The notes under the pieces were generated by a model. That model did no database searches, was not told the origin of the DNA, and saw nothing but the letters and a program-made list of their open reading frames with translations. A program made the translations under genes and the position numbers. DNA of 64,000 nucleotides, from NCBI GenBank assembly GCA_963696295.1, contig CAVOJR010000001.1, forward strand, positions 3,168,001-3,232,000, written 5' to 3'. This document shows positions 37,810 to 47,768 of this stretch, piece after piece; the stretch's first letter is position 1; each line of letters starts with the position of its first letter. This DNA is from an uncultured Chlamydiae bacterium (GTDB lineage Bacteria; Chlamydiota; Chlamydiia; Chlamydiales; JAJFMB01).

Positions 37810-38791
37810 TCCCCAAATGTTGATAGCCTAATTCTGTGACTTCGCGTCCCCGGGGCGTGCGCTTGATAAACCCTTGCAAAATCAGATAGGGCTCATACAC
37901 CTCTTCAATGGTGTGCTTCTCTTCGCCGACGGCGACGGCGATCGTGTTCAGGCCGACCGGCCCCCCTTTATAATGCTCGATCATCACTTGAAGAATTTTT
38001 TTATCCATCTCGTCGAGCCCTTTATGGTCGATCGCCAGCATTTCGAGGGCCTGGCAAACAATATCTTTGGTTATCTCGCCGCGGACTTTCATCTGGACAA
38101 AGTCGCGCACCCAGCGCAACAGGTGATTGGCGATGCGGGGCGTTCCACGGGAGCGCCGGGCGATCTCCATCAACCCGTCGGGATCGATGCTCATGTTGAG
38201 GATCAGGCTGGTGCGGTGCAAAATCGCCTGTAAAACAGAGGGCTCGTAATAATCGAGACGGGAGTGAAAATGAAAGCGGGAGCGCAAAGGAGCCGTCAGC
38301 AGACCGCTTCTCGTCGTGGCGCCCACCAGAGTGAAGCGGTTGAGCTTGACTTGCACGCTGCGCGCATTCGGCCCCGAATCGATCAGGAGATCGAGGCTGT
38401 AATCTTCCATAGCGGGATACAAATACTCCTCAATCGCGCGGTTCAGCCGGTGGATTTCGTCGATAAAGAGGACATCCCCGGTTTTTAAATTGGTTAAGAT
38501 GCCGGCCAAATCGCCCGCTTTTTCAATGGCGGGGCCGGAAGTCACAACTAGTGAGGTGCCCATGGCTTTTGCGATGATATTGGCCAATGTGGTTTTGCCA
38601 AGTCCGGGCGGCCCGCTGAAAAGGCAGTGGCCGAGCGTTTCTTTCCGCGCCTTGGCGGCTCCGATCATCACTTCAAGCCTGGCGCGCACGTGGTCCTGCC
38701 CGACAAACTCACTAAGAGATTGGGGGCGCAGCGGCACTTCAAAGGTCGTGTCTGCCTGGCAAAAAGAGGACTCGATAAAGGGTCTGGTCAT
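37802..38791 (-). CDS. ruvB: Holliday junction branch migration helicase RuvB
   Basis: LRPQSL, GPPGLGKTTLA, FIDEIHRL, GATTR, RGTPRIAN, RTPRGR. Confidence 0.98.
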   Translation of the reverse strand: MTRPFIESSFCQADTTFEVPLRPQSLSEFVGQDHVRARLEVMIGAAKARKETLGHCLFSGPPGLGKTTLANIIAKAMGTSLVVTSGPAIEKAGDLAGILTNLKTGDVLFIDEIHRLNRAIEEYLYPAMEDYSLDLLIDSGPNARSVQVKLNRFTLVGATTRSGLLTAPLRSRFHFHSRLDYYEPSVLQAILHRTSLILNMSIDPDGLMEIARRSRGTPRIANHLLRWVRDFVQMKVRGEITKDIVCQALEMLAIDHKGLDEMDKKILQVMIEHYKGGPVGLNTIAVAVGEEKHTIEEVYEPYLILQGFIKRTPRGREVTELGYQHLGIE

Positions 38792-38942
38792 GGAATAAAA
38801 TTATCAGGATCTTCCCAATTTTGACAACCCTAAAATTTATCAAATCTTTATTATGATTCTTAAATATGGGGAAAATTTGCTTTAAATTATAACATTATGT
38901 TATGATTTTATCGATCCTTCATACTAAATTAAGGAGATCAAG

Positions 38943-39473
38943 ATGTCTGAAGAGTTAAAAAAAGTCACAGCTTCCACTGAAGAAGTTAATGAAACTCCAA
39001 AGACCGCGAAATGGGCCCGCATCGAGGGTCTGCTCTACGCAATCCTGATGAGCCGCCTTGATTCCATCGATAAGAAAGCCGCTGACGCCGGAAAAGAACT
39101 CCTCGAAATTCAACAGCAGATGAAGAAGCTGCAAGACCTGCTCGGACAGATTTTGGCACAAACAGACCCCAAAACCGGCGGGCTCGACCTCAGCAAAAAC
39201 CAGGAGCTGCAAAAACTGCTCGCCGAGGCGAAAGAGCTGGGCTTAACCTTTAACAACCCGAATGATAAATATGTTTTTACCAAGTTTGACCGGGACAATC
39301 TCGTTTCCAATCTCGAGGGATTGAGCAAAACGAAACAGACGGAACTGAACCTGATGGCCAAAAAAATGGAGCGGCTCTTCACCGAGCGGAACGAAAGTTT
39401 GAAATACGCCAATTCCATTCAAAAAACACTTGACGACATCAAAATGAAAATAGCCCGGAATTTGAAAGGATAA
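38943..39473 (+). CDS. putative T3SS tip/filament-like secreted protein
   Basis: Helical; amphipathic C-terminus QKTLDDIKMKIARNLKG; first gene of the translocon operon. Confidence 0.6.
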   Translation: MSEELKKVTASTEEVNETPKTAKWARIEGLLYAILMSRLDSIDKKAADAGKELLEIQQQMKKLQDLLGQILAQTDPKTGGLDLSKNQELQKLLAEAKELGLTFNNPNDKYVFTKFDRDNLVSNLEGLSKTKQTELNLMAKKMERLFTERNESLKYANSIQKTLDDIKMKIARNLKG

Positions 39474-39476
39474 TTT

Positions 39477-39965
39477 ATGCAAACAGCGCGCGATGTTTTG
39501 ATGGAGATCATCCAAAAATATTCCATGGAGAGCGGCAAACTGCCGAAGCTTTCCCATGAAACGATTGAAGGGATCTACCACTACGCCTACCAATATTACA
39601 TCAATGGAAAATATCCCGAATCGGTGAAATTTTTCCGCTTTTTGACTTTTATGGACACCCAGCAAAAAAAACACTGGATGGGGCTTGGCGCCGCCTTGCA
39701 GATGTCCAAAGAGTATGAAGAAGCGCTCCACACTTATAGCGTCGCCGCCATTTTGGAAGAGCGGGACCCTTATGTACATCTTTATGCCGCCGACTGCTTT
39801 TTTGCCCTGAACAGGGTGGAAGAGGGAATTAAGGCTTTAGAATCGGCGCAAAAAGCGGCCAAAATGAAAAAAATGTATCAATCGCTCCTGCCCGAGCTCG
39901 AGCTCCTGCGCGAAGCCTGGGAAAAGCGATCCAAGGAGGAAAAATGCCAGACATCAATAGAATAA
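39477..39965 (+). CDS. SycD/LcrH class II T3SS chaperone
   Basis: TPRs IYHYAYQYYINGKY..FFRFL..WMGLGAALQ..YEEAL..DPY..AADCF. Confidence 0.92.
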   Translation: MQTARDVLMEIIQKYSMESGKLPKLSHETIEGIYHYAYQYYINGKYPESVKFFRFLTFMDTQQKKHWMGLGAALQMSKEYEEALHTYSVAAILEERDPYVHLYAADCFFALNRVEEGIKALESAQKAAKMKKMYQSLLPELELLREAWEKRSKEEKCQTSIE

Positions 39966-40849
39966 CCCCAACCGGTCAGACAGATTTTACGCCTCAAACG
40001 GCGAGCGTCTCTAAAAAGGCAATAACTCCCTATACGGCTGACACCCTCGCTACCTCTACGGCACAAACACAAACGGTCACCCGCCTGCCCAAACTGGAAA
40101 AGCCGGCGGCGGGAAATCCTTATAAAGCCGTTGAAGAGGCTTTAAATGAACTTTATCAGGCGCCCTCCTATTCCATTACTAATCCGGAAAACGAGGACCT
40201 CATTTCGAAAAGGCCAAGAGGCTCCAACCAGCCTCAGCTGGATCTGTCGGGTCTGAATCAGTTTAAAACCGACCTGGAGGATAAGAAAAAAGTCATCAAC
40301 CCGGCCGAAAAATCAGATACCCGGCCTTCGCAAGGGGAACTTGAGCGGCTCATGCTCCAGTACTACAGGCTCCAGTCGGAATTGGAAGAGGGGTACGCCA
40401 AGCTCTTCACCAGCGAACTCAAATTGCAGGAGAGCCAACAGGATAACTTAAATGAAGTCTACTCCAATTTGAATCAGGACCTTGAGGAGAGGCGAAAAAA
40501 TTCCGAACTTTTGGACTGGATTAATATAAGCTCGACTTGCGCGGTCGTCGCCGCAGCTTTCGCAGTTTATATGACGGGCGGAACTTCAACTTTATTGAAT
40601 TTTGGTTTGAGCGCAGCCAGCATTACAAGCGGGATATCCTCTGCCTCTAAAGCGGTCATTGACCACAATAAAGACTTAAAAACAGGGGAACTTTACGATA
40701 TCAACTCTCAAAAAAAGCAGCTCGACCGTCTGATCGGGGAAAAGACGGAGACCTTGACGAACACCGCGCAGCAGCTCCTCGACATTGCCACGATGATGAG
40801 AGAGATATTGGAAAAACAATCAGAAGCTACAAGAATAATATTTAGTTAA
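39944..40849 (+). CDS. putative T3SS major translocator (CopB/SctE-like)
   Basis: Follows the LcrH-like gene; P.L.KP chaperone-binding-like motif (LPKLEKP); coiled coil plus hydrophobic hairpin. Confidence 0.7.
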   Translation: MPDINRITPTGQTDFTPQTASVSKKAITPYTADTLATSTAQTQTVTRLPKLEKPAAGNPYKAVEEALNELYQAPSYSITNPENEDLISKRPRGSNQPQLDLSGLNQFKTDLEDKKKVINPAEKSDTRPSQGELERLMLQYYRLQSELEEGYAKLFTSELKLQESQQDNLNEVYSNLNQDLEERRKNSELLDWINISSTCAVVAAAFAVYMTGGTSTLLNFGLSAASITSGISSASKAVIDHNKDLKTGELYDINSQKKQLDRLIGEKTETLTNTAQQLLDIATMMREILEKQSEATRIIFS

Positions 40850-40860
40850 AGGAGATAAAA

Positions 40861-41430
40861 ATGAGTGCCGTAACACCAAAAACCAGTCTCGACAGCGTGA
40901 TGAGCGCCGAGATGGAGGAGTTGAGCAAACAAAGGCCAAATCTGCTCGCCCTTCTAGATCTGGTGATGATCGTGCAAACGCTCTTTCACGACAAATTTTC
41001 CCAAGTAGAGCGGGACCACTACGCAGGTCTTTTAAATATGCAGCAATCGCAAGTGCAAGTCGTTGTGCTTGGCTATAGCAATTCAGGCCGCATGTGGTCC
41101 TTGCTCCTCGGCGCTGCGGTCAGCACAGGCTGCGGAGTTGCCGGCGGCTATGGCGCTTGGAAAGGATTGGAAGATGTTCAGAAAATGGCCCAATTCGGCG
41201 GCAATCTGGTTAAGCCTTTTGAGGCGTGGAGCCAAATGGCCGGAGATTCCAGACAAGCCACCCAAGAGCAAAACCAGGCCGAGCTGAAGATCATCGAGCA
41301 AAAATTGAGCAATGTGAACCAGGACAGGGCCGATCACGAGAGGCAAACGCAAGCCGCTCTTGAAGCCGGCAAAAGAATTTTAGAATTGGCTCACCAGTTC
41401 TTCCTGCAGTTCCCTGCGGCTTCAACGTAA
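40861..41430 (+). CDS. putative T3SS minor translocator (CopD/SctB-like)
   Basis: Single Gly-rich hydrophobic segment plus C-terminal coiled coil; last gene of the operon. Confidence 0.62.
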   Translation: MSAVTPKTSLDSVMSAEMEELSKQRPNLLALLDLVMIVQTLFHDKFSQVERDHYAGLLNMQQSQVQVVVLGYSNSGRMWSLLLGAAVSTGCGVAGGYGAWKGLEDVQKMAQFGGNLVKPFEAWSQMAGDSRQATQEQNQAELKIIEQKLSNVNQDRADHERQTQAALEAGKRILELAHQFFLQFPAAST

Positions 41431-41541
41431 AGCCTGAAGATAGACTTCAGCCTCACCCCAGGTGAATTTGGCCGGAAAGCTCCTGATCAGTTCGAACAGG
41501 GGCTTTTCGGTATAGTCTGTCAGCGGATAGCTGACGGTGAT
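41406..41541. repeat. 136-bp direct repeat, left copy
   Basis: GCAGTTCCCTGCGG...CTGACGGTGAT, identical to 42549-42684. Confidence 0.95.
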
Positions 41542-41604
41542 GAGCATGTGGAAAAATTTTATTCAGCAGCCAGAGCGAGCTCTTCAAGAGCACCTCGTTC
41601 GGCA

Positions 41605-42075
41605 TTATATAGCAATTTTTTCGAGGTCCAAATCCAATTCAACGTTTTTTTGATGTTCCGTTGGCGACAAACAAAGCGTTACCAATTCACTGTACAGTTC
41701 ACTAACACGCCTCTTTCCTGCGAGATGACTTATCAGACACAAACGAATATCTTTTTCCGTCCCCATGCTCATATTCGTGTGTCTATCTTTAAAATTTTCC
41801 CATTTAATTACTGTCGGGTGCTTAACCCCGAATCGCTTTGCAAATGAATCCAGAGTCATTCCCAAATAGAGCCGAATAAAGCGTACTTCATTTCCTGTAA
41901 GTTTTGCCTGTTTATGGCAAAGCATCAACGATACAATTTTTTCAAATTTATTATAATTAATATCGGGTACCCACTTCCCCTCGATTTTCACCATAGGAAC
42001 GTGTCGGAGCACTATGGGAAACCCGCACCCATAATCAATAAATCGATCTTGAATTTTCTTTTCCATAACATTCAT
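41605..42075 (-). CDS. XRE/HTH antitoxin-like protein (MqsA/YgiT-like architecture)
   Basis: LTGNEVRFIRLYLGMTLDSFAKRFGVKHPTVIKWE HTH; overlaps the upstream gene stop. Confidence 0.82.
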   Translation of the reverse strand: MNVMEKKIQDRFIDYGCGFPIVLRHVPMVKIEGKWVPDINYNKFEKIVSLMLCHKQAKLTGNEVRFIRLYLGMTLDSFAKRFGVKHPTVIKWENFKDRHTNMSMGTEKDIRLCLISHLAGKRRVSELYSELVTLCLSPTEHQKNVELDLDLEKIAI

Positions 42076-42392
42076 ACTCCAATTTCATACGTTGTTATAA
42101 TGATCATCTTAATTGCTTCATCAAATGATATAAAAACCCTCAATTCCCTGGCGTCCAAGGTTTTTCCACGTATAGCATAATTCCATTTTTGATACGCTTC
42201 ATCAAAATCATCCTGCATTTTCTCATGCCGTCCGTGTAAAAGAACGTATAGAACTTCTTGACGCGTGATATTTCTCTCTTCTTCCCTCTGCTCTAAATGT
42301 AAACAAGATATATATCTTCCTGATTCTATACATTTTTTAACAACATCAAGCAGGCAATCGATCTTTAAAGGGCGAGGGTTCTTGAGCTTCAT
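42072..42392 (-). CDS. DUF4258-like putative RNase toxin
   Basis: H..QR..ERNI...EV, WNYAIRGKTLD.RELRV, IIITT; toxin-first coupling to an HTH gene. Confidence 0.78.
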   Translation of the reverse strand: MKLKNPRPLKIDCLLDVVKKCIESGRYISCLHLEQREEERNITRQEVLYVLLHGRHEKMQDDFDEAYQKWNYAIRGKTLDARELRVFISFDEAIKMIIITTYEIGV

Positions 42393-42423
42393 GTTCTATA
42401 GAAATAGCCTGATAATTATCAAT

Positions 42424-42450
42424 TTCAGTACTACTTTAATAGTAACTGAA
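42424..42450. promoter_or_regulatory. imperfect palindrome upstream of the TA pair, candidate autorepression operator
   Basis: TTCAGTACTACTTTAATAGTAACTGAA. Confidence 0.55.
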
Positions 42451-42548
42451 GTACATTTTTTTTTGCAACTGGACTTTATTGTCTTTCTTAACCCATTCAT
42501 CCAAAATTATTTACAAATTAAGCTCCGATCAGAATTTCGATATGATAG

Positions 42549-42684
42549 GCAGTTCCCTGCGGCTTCAACGTAAAGCCTGAAGATAGACTTCAGCCTCACC
42601 CCAGGTGAATTTGGCCGGAAAGCTCCTGATCAGTTCGAACAGGGGCTTTTCGGTATAGTCTGTCAGCGGATAGCTGACGGTGAT
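42549..42684. repeat. 136-bp direct repeat, right copy
   Basis: Identical to 41406-41541. Confidence 0.95.
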
Positions 42685-43242
42685 AATCTTGGTCTTGGCC
42701 GGCAGCTCTTCGAATTTTTGGATCAGTGACTCAATACTTTCCTCGGTCAGCGAGGTTCCATAGAGATACACCACTGTGGCATCCTTCAAATCCGCCTCAA
42801 GAAAATCGCAACACTCGAATTCCGGGTTGTTTAGCTGAAATTTCCCTTTCACCTCGTTCGCTTTCTGAATAAATTCCGGCACAAAGTCAATACCCCGCAC
42901 CCGGCAGCGCAAAAAGCAGCTGAGCCAAAAGCAGGTGCGCCCCCGCCCGCAGCCAAGCTCCACCACGGTATCTTCTGACGTGATCCCGCACTTTCCGGCG
43001 ATGAGCTGCAGGGTGGTCAAGGGAGTTTCCCCATAGGCGTAAATGTCGCTTGCGCCTCGTTGCTGCAAAAACTTTTTGCTGATCTGAAAGGGGTTATTGA
43101 AAAGATATTTGGCGAGCAGGGCCAGATCGATCCGCATGAAGGTCACATGGGGATAGTAGAGGCAGACGACTTTGATCCACTCTATAAAATTCTTGATAGA
43201 TACCGCCCACCTGGTGAGGAGCAGGGAGAAAAAATTTTTCAT
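42565..43242 (-). CDS. class I SAM-dependent methyltransferase
   Basis: YGETP, VELGCGRGR, ATVVYLYG, FTWG. Confidence 0.88.
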   Translation of the reverse strand: MKNFFSLLLTRWAVSIKNFIEWIKVVCLYYPHVTFMRIDLALLAKYLFNNPFQISKKFLQQRGASDIYAYGETPLTTLQLIAGKCGITSEDTVVELGCGRGRTCFWLSCFLRCRVRGIDFVPEFIQKANEVKGKFQLNNPEFECCDFLEADLKDATVVYLYGTSLTEESIESLIQKFEELPAKTKIITVSYPLTDYTEKPLFELIRSFPAKFTWGEAEVYLQALR

Positions 43243-44708
43243 GTCATGAATAGGGAGTATATGAGTTTTGCCACAGCAAAAAACATAAAGGTCGACATGA
43301 CGTCGTTAAACGCCGTCACCATCGGTCCCGCGGCTACGGCCGGATCGATTTTCAGCTTGGCAAAGCCAAAAGGCAAAAATGCGCCGAGCGATGTGGCGGT
43401 CATGCAGGCGACAAACACCCCGCAGCTGATCGTCAACCCTAAGACGAGGCTGTTGGCTTCAATCAATTCAAAAAAGTTCAGGATACAGACTATAAGCCCG
43501 CAAACGAGGCCGAAGGAGGAGCCGATGAGCAGACCGATGGCAAGCTCGTTTCGGATAGCCGCTCCCTTGGTTCCTGAAGAGAGCTCGCCCGTAGACATCC
43601 CGCGCACCAAAATAGTGCTGCACTGAATGCCGACGTTGCCCGATAAGCCGCTCATCAGAGGGACAAAGAAGGGCACGACCAGAAACCAGGGGTTGCCGTG
43701 GAAATGGTTCATGGCTGTAGCGGTGATGAGACCGGCGCAAAGGGTCACTAAAAGCCAGGGGAGGCGCCACAAAAAGCGCTTGATGATCGGTTCATGCTCG
43801 CTGATATCTTCCCTGGTACCGGCAAAAGCGGCTATGGTTTCGTCGGCGATATCCTCCATCGCCTCAACCACATCTTCATAGGTGATCACTCCGACGATAT
43901 GGTCCTCCTCGTCGACGACTGGAAGGGCGGGAATTTGATACCGCTCCACGATATCGACCACCTCGTCGCGGGAGGCGTCGGCGGTCACTTTATGCAGGAT
44001 AGGGCGCATCACCTGCCGGATGGGCAGATAATGGGGATTCACAATCAGATTGCGCCCCAGGACATAACCCACGAGCTCATTCTCATCGTTCAACACAAAA
44101 ACGCAGCGGGTCAGGTCGATCCCGGGATTGTCCCGGATATGTTTGGCGATTTCGCCGATCGTCGTGTCGAAGTGAAAAGCGAAAAATTCATTGGTCATCA
44201 GACGGCCGGCGCTATTGCGGTCATGCTTTTGCAGTTCCCGGATATGGACCGCTTTTTTGGGCTCAAGTGTGTCCAAAACGCGCTTCGAGCGGCGGTCCGA
44301 CATGTCGTCGAGCAGCCAGACGGCTTCATCGGGGGGCATATTTTCGAGGATCTTTTTTATCGCCTGGTCGTCGATCTGCTTGAAAATCGCCATCCGCGTA
44401 TTGCGGCCGGTATGGATCATGAACTTCATTTTAGCCTGGAGGTCGGGAAGATTTTCATAGACGATAATGCGCGCGGTGGGGGGGAGTCTGGTGACGGCGT
44501 AAGCCAGGTCGATCGGGTCGTGTTCATCGGCGATTTTGGCCACGTCGTGCAGCAAAACCTGCATGGTCTGCTTATGGAGCGCCTGCTCCAGCTTGGCGTT
44601 GAGCGCGTCGTGGAGGTGGCTTGTCCTGGAGTCTAAGATATTGCTATAGGGAGCCGGAGGATTTTCCATTTCATGCTCACCGCTGTCATGGTGCTCCTTG
44701 TCTGGCAT
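43239..44708 (-). CDS. mgtE: magnesium transporter MgtE
   Basis: N domain, SAGRLMT CBS pair, RLPWL, GNVGIQ, DPAVAAGPMVTAFND. Confidence 0.95.
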   Translation of the reverse strand: MPDKEHHDSGEHEMENPPAPYSNILDSRTSHLHDALNAKLEQALHKQTMQVLLHDVAKIADEHDPIDLAYAVTRLPPTARIIVYENLPDLQAKMKFMIHTGRNTRMAIFKQIDDQAIKKILENMPPDEAVWLLDDMSDRRSKRVLDTLEPKKAVHIRELQKHDRNSAGRLMTNEFFAFHFDTTIGEIAKHIRDNPGIDLTRCVFVLNDENELVGYVLGRNLIVNPHYLPIRQVMRPILHKVTADASRDEVVDIVERYQIPALPVVDEEDHIVGVITYEDVVEAMEDIADETIAAFAGTREDISEHEPIIKRFLWRLPWLLVTLCAGLITATAMNHFHGNPWFLVVPFFVPLMSGLSGNVGIQCSTILVRGMSTGELSSGTKGAAIRNELAIGLLIGSSFGLVCGLIVCILNFFELIEANSLVLGLTISCGVFVACMTATSLGAFLPFGFAKLKIDPAVAAGPMVTAFNDVMSTFMFFAVAKLIYSLFMT

Positions 44709-44860
44709 ATGTCCCCTGGAATCTAATTAAAAAAACATTCTACCAGCCAAGGGCAATAAAATCCAGGTAAATCGGGTCTTGAAAAGAATTAGGGGATATG
44801 TTAAACTTTTTGTAACAAAGTCAGCATTTCCCGCTTAATTTTACCACTTTGCCAAAAATT

Positions 44861-46672
44861 ATGTACAAACCAAATAAAATAAGAAATATCGCTATTGTAG
44901 CCCACATCGACCATGGAAAAACCACCCTGCTCGACAATTTATTCAAACAATCGAACATCTTCCGCGAGAATCAGTATGTGCCTGAACGGGTCATGGACTC
45001 CTATGACCAGGAAAAAGAGCGCGGAATCACCATTTTTTCGAAGCCGACCGCGATTAAGTACAATGACTATAAAATCAACATTATCGACACCCCGGGACAC
45101 GCCGACTTTTCCGGCGAAGTGGAAAGGGTGCTCGGGATGGTCAACTCCGTTCTGCTCCTCGTGGACGCGCAAGACGGCCCGATGCCGCAGACGCGCTTCG
45201 TTCTGACGAAATCGCTCAAAATGGGCCTGCGCCCGATTGTCGTTTTGAACAAAATCGACCGGCCGCACGCCGATCCCGACAGAGCCTTAAACGCCACCTT
45301 CGACCTCTTTGCCGAACTCGGCGCCACCGATGAGCAGCTCGATTTCGCCTACTGCTACGCGTCGGGTTATTCGGGTTATGCGATGAAACACATCGACGAT
45401 CCGCGCACCGACTTCAACCCTCTCTTCGAACTCATCATCAACAACGTCCCCGAGCCGCAAGGCGATCTCAACTCCCCGTTTCTGATGCAGGTTTCAAACT
45501 GCGCCTACGACGACTATGTGGGCAGAAAGGCCTGCGGGCGAATTTTGCAAGGGACGGTGAAGAAAGGGCAAATCATCTCGCGCGTCGAAGCCTCGGGTAA
45601 AGAATCAAGGGCCCAAGTGATCAAAATCGAAGGATACCATGGGCTGGAACTGATCGAGCTTGAGGAGTGCGGCGTAGGCGACATCGCCATGATCACTGGC
45701 ATTCCGGATGTTTATATCGGAGACGCTTTGTGCGACCCCGCCAACAAAATCAAACTGCCGCCGATCCTTCTGGACGAACCGACGGTTTTCGTGGACATGA
45801 CTCTCAACAGCAGCCCTCTGGTCGGCCAGAGCGGAAAATATGTGACGATGAGCCATATCCGCGAGCGTTTGAAAAGGGAAGGGCGCGCCAATATCTCCTT
45901 AAAAATCGAAGACTCCAAATCGGATCAGGACAAAATCACCGTTTCAGGCCGGGGCGAGCTCCATTTGGCCGTCCTCTTCGAAGCGATGCGCCGCGAAGGG
46001 TTTGAGTTCAGCATCTCCAAGCCCCAGGTCATCACCAAAGAAATCGAGGGCGTACTGAATGAGCCTATTCAGCGCGTGCATATCGAGGTGCCGGAAGAAT
46101 ATGCCGGAAAAGTGATCGAGGAACTCTCGCAGCGGCGCGGCGAAATGCAGCACCTGCACACCAACGAGCACAGCATCACCTCCATGGAATTTTTGATCCC
46201 GATGCGCGGCTTGATGGGCTACCGCAACGAATTTTTGACCGTGACCAGAGGTCTTGGCATCATGGCAGCGGTTTTCGATTCCTATCAGCCCTGGAAAGGG
46301 GATATCCCTTCACGCCGCCGAGGCGTTCTTGTCTCTATGTGCGCCGGCAAAGCGAACGCCTATGGCTGCTTCAACCTGCAGGACCGCGGCATTCTCTTCG
46401 TCAAACCGGGCATGGAGGTTTATGAAGGGATGGTCGTCGGAGAGCACAACCGCAGCAATGACCTGCTTGTGAACGTCACGAAAGGGAAGCAGCTGACCAA
46501 CGTCCGGGCTGCGGGCAGCGACGAGAACCTGATTCTCACTCCGCCCCGCACCTTTACCCTGGAACAGGCGATCGACTATATCGACGACGATGAATTGATC
46601 GAGCTCACGCCGAAACTCATCCGTTTAAGAAAGGTTTTCCTCAAGGAAGTCGACCGGAAGCGGAAGAAATAA
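44861..46672 (+). CDS. typA: translational GTPase TypA/BipA
   Basis: [45 protein letters not shown]. Confidence 0.97.
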   Translation: MYKPNKIRNIAIVAHIDHGKTTLLDNLFKQSNIFRENQYVPERVMDSYDQEKERGITIFSKPTAIKYNDYKINIIDTPGHADFSGEVERVLGMVNSVLLLVDAQDGPMPQTRFVLTKSLKMGLRPIVVLNKIDRPHADPDRALNATFDLFAELGATDEQLDFAYCYASGYSGYAMKHIDDPRTDFNPLFELIINNVPEPQGDLNSPFLMQVSNCAYDDYVGRKACGRILQGTVKKGQIISRVEASGKESRAQVIKIEGYHGLELIELEECGVGDIAMITGIPDVYIGDALCDPANKIKLPPILLDEPTVFVDMTLNSSPLVGQSGKYVTMSHIRERLKREGRANISLKIEDSKSDQDKITVSGRGELHLAVLFEAMRREGFEFSISKPQVITKEIEGVLNEPIQRVHIEVPEEYAGKVIEELSQRRGEMQHLHTNEHSITSMEFLIPMRGLMGYRNEFLTVTRGLGIMAAVFDSYQPWKGDIPSRRRGVLVSMCAGKANAYGCFNLQDRGILFVKPGMEVYEGMVVGEHNRSNDLLVNVTKGKQLTNVRAAGSDENLILTPPRTFTLEQAIDYIDDDELIELTPKLIRLRKVFLKEVDRKRKK

Positions 46673-47645
46673 GAGTTAAACTCGGCTTTGTACAATCAAA
46701 AACTGTATGAAGTCGAGTTAAAGCAAAATTCAGATAAGATTCCGGATCGGAATGCTGGGAGGTAAGCACCTCGTTTCTCAATTCCAGAAGCGAGGGGCTC
46801 CCCTTAAAAAGAAAGCCCATTAACTGCTTCAATTTGCTCACTTTTGAGCACTCCCCAATAAAAACTTCAAAATAGCGCACCAGCGACTCCCATCTCCGCT
46901 CATAATTTTCGTTCGCGAAATGGGCTTTGATCTCGCAAAAGAGGAAGGGATTGATCACGCTCCCGCGCCCGATCATCAGGGCGTCGCACCCGGTGTGGCG
47001 CAGCATGCGGAGGGCGTCTGCCACCGTCAAAATATCCCCGTTGCCCACCAGGGGAATCTTCAGGAGCGACTTGGCTTCGGCGATCAGGTCCCACCTGGCC
47101 GGCGGGCCATAACCGTCCACTTTGGTCCTGGGATGCAAGGTGATGTAGCTGGCGCCGCTCTCTTCAGCGGCCATCAAGTTCTCCCGAAACAGGGAGGTGT
47201 CCTCATAGCCCGCCCGCATCTTGATCGTCACAGGGATGGATACGGCCTTTACGAGGGCTTTTGCGACCTCATGCAGCGTCGAGGGCTCTTTGAGCAGGCT
47301 GGACCCGGCGCCGCGCCCGGTGACCGTATTGGAGGGGCAGCCGCAATTCAGGTCGATGCGCGGGGCGCCTAGCCGCTCGATCTCGCGAGCCATATCGGCC
47401 ATCAGGTCGACATCGGAACCCATGAGTTGAGCGGCGATGGGAATGGGCGCTAGCTCCTGGGGTTCGTAAACAGCCGCCAGGCTTTTGACATGGGCGTTTT
47501 TGGGGACGCGGAGAAAGTCGCGCACGGCTTCGTCGAAACCCCCGATGCTGGCGATGGCTTTCCGGAAACAACGGTCCCCCACTCCCTCCATGGGGGCGAG
47601 CAGGAGAAACGGGCAGCCGTGAGAATTTTTGGGCAACAGATTCAT
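46641..47645 (-). CDS. tRNA-dihydrouridine synthase family protein
   Basis: LAPMEG, IDLNCGCP, GAGSSLL, LHPRT, GNGDI, MIGRG; start at ATG 47645. Confidence 0.93.
   Translation of the reverse strand: MNLLPKNSHGCPFLLLAPMEGVGDRCFRKAIASIGGFDEAVRDFLRVPKNAHVKSLAAVYEPQELAPIPIAAQLMGSDVDLMADMAREIERLGAPRIDLNCGCPSNTVTGRGAGSSLLKEPSTLHEVAKALVKAVSIPVTIKMRAGYEDTSLFRENLMAAEESGASYITLHPRTKVDGYGPPARWDLIAEAKSLLKIPLVGNGDILTVADALRMLRHTGCDALMIGRGSVINPFLFCEIKAHFANENYERRWESLVRYFEVFIGECSKVSKLKQLMGFLFKGSPSLLELRNEVLTSQHSDPESYLNFALTRLHTVFDCTKPSLTLISSASGRLP
46679..46719. repeat. 41-bp palindromic element at the typA/dus convergent junction
   Basis: AACTCGGCTTTGTACA-ATCAAAAAC-TGTATGAAGTCGAGTT. Confidence 0.72.
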
Positions 47646-47768
47646 GACGTAAATTATGCAACATAATAGGAATAAATACAAAATAAATATTTTCTTTACA
47701 TGATATTAATATTTTTATTATATAATGCAATTATTAAACAATGTTAACAATTAGTTAAGGAGGAATAA

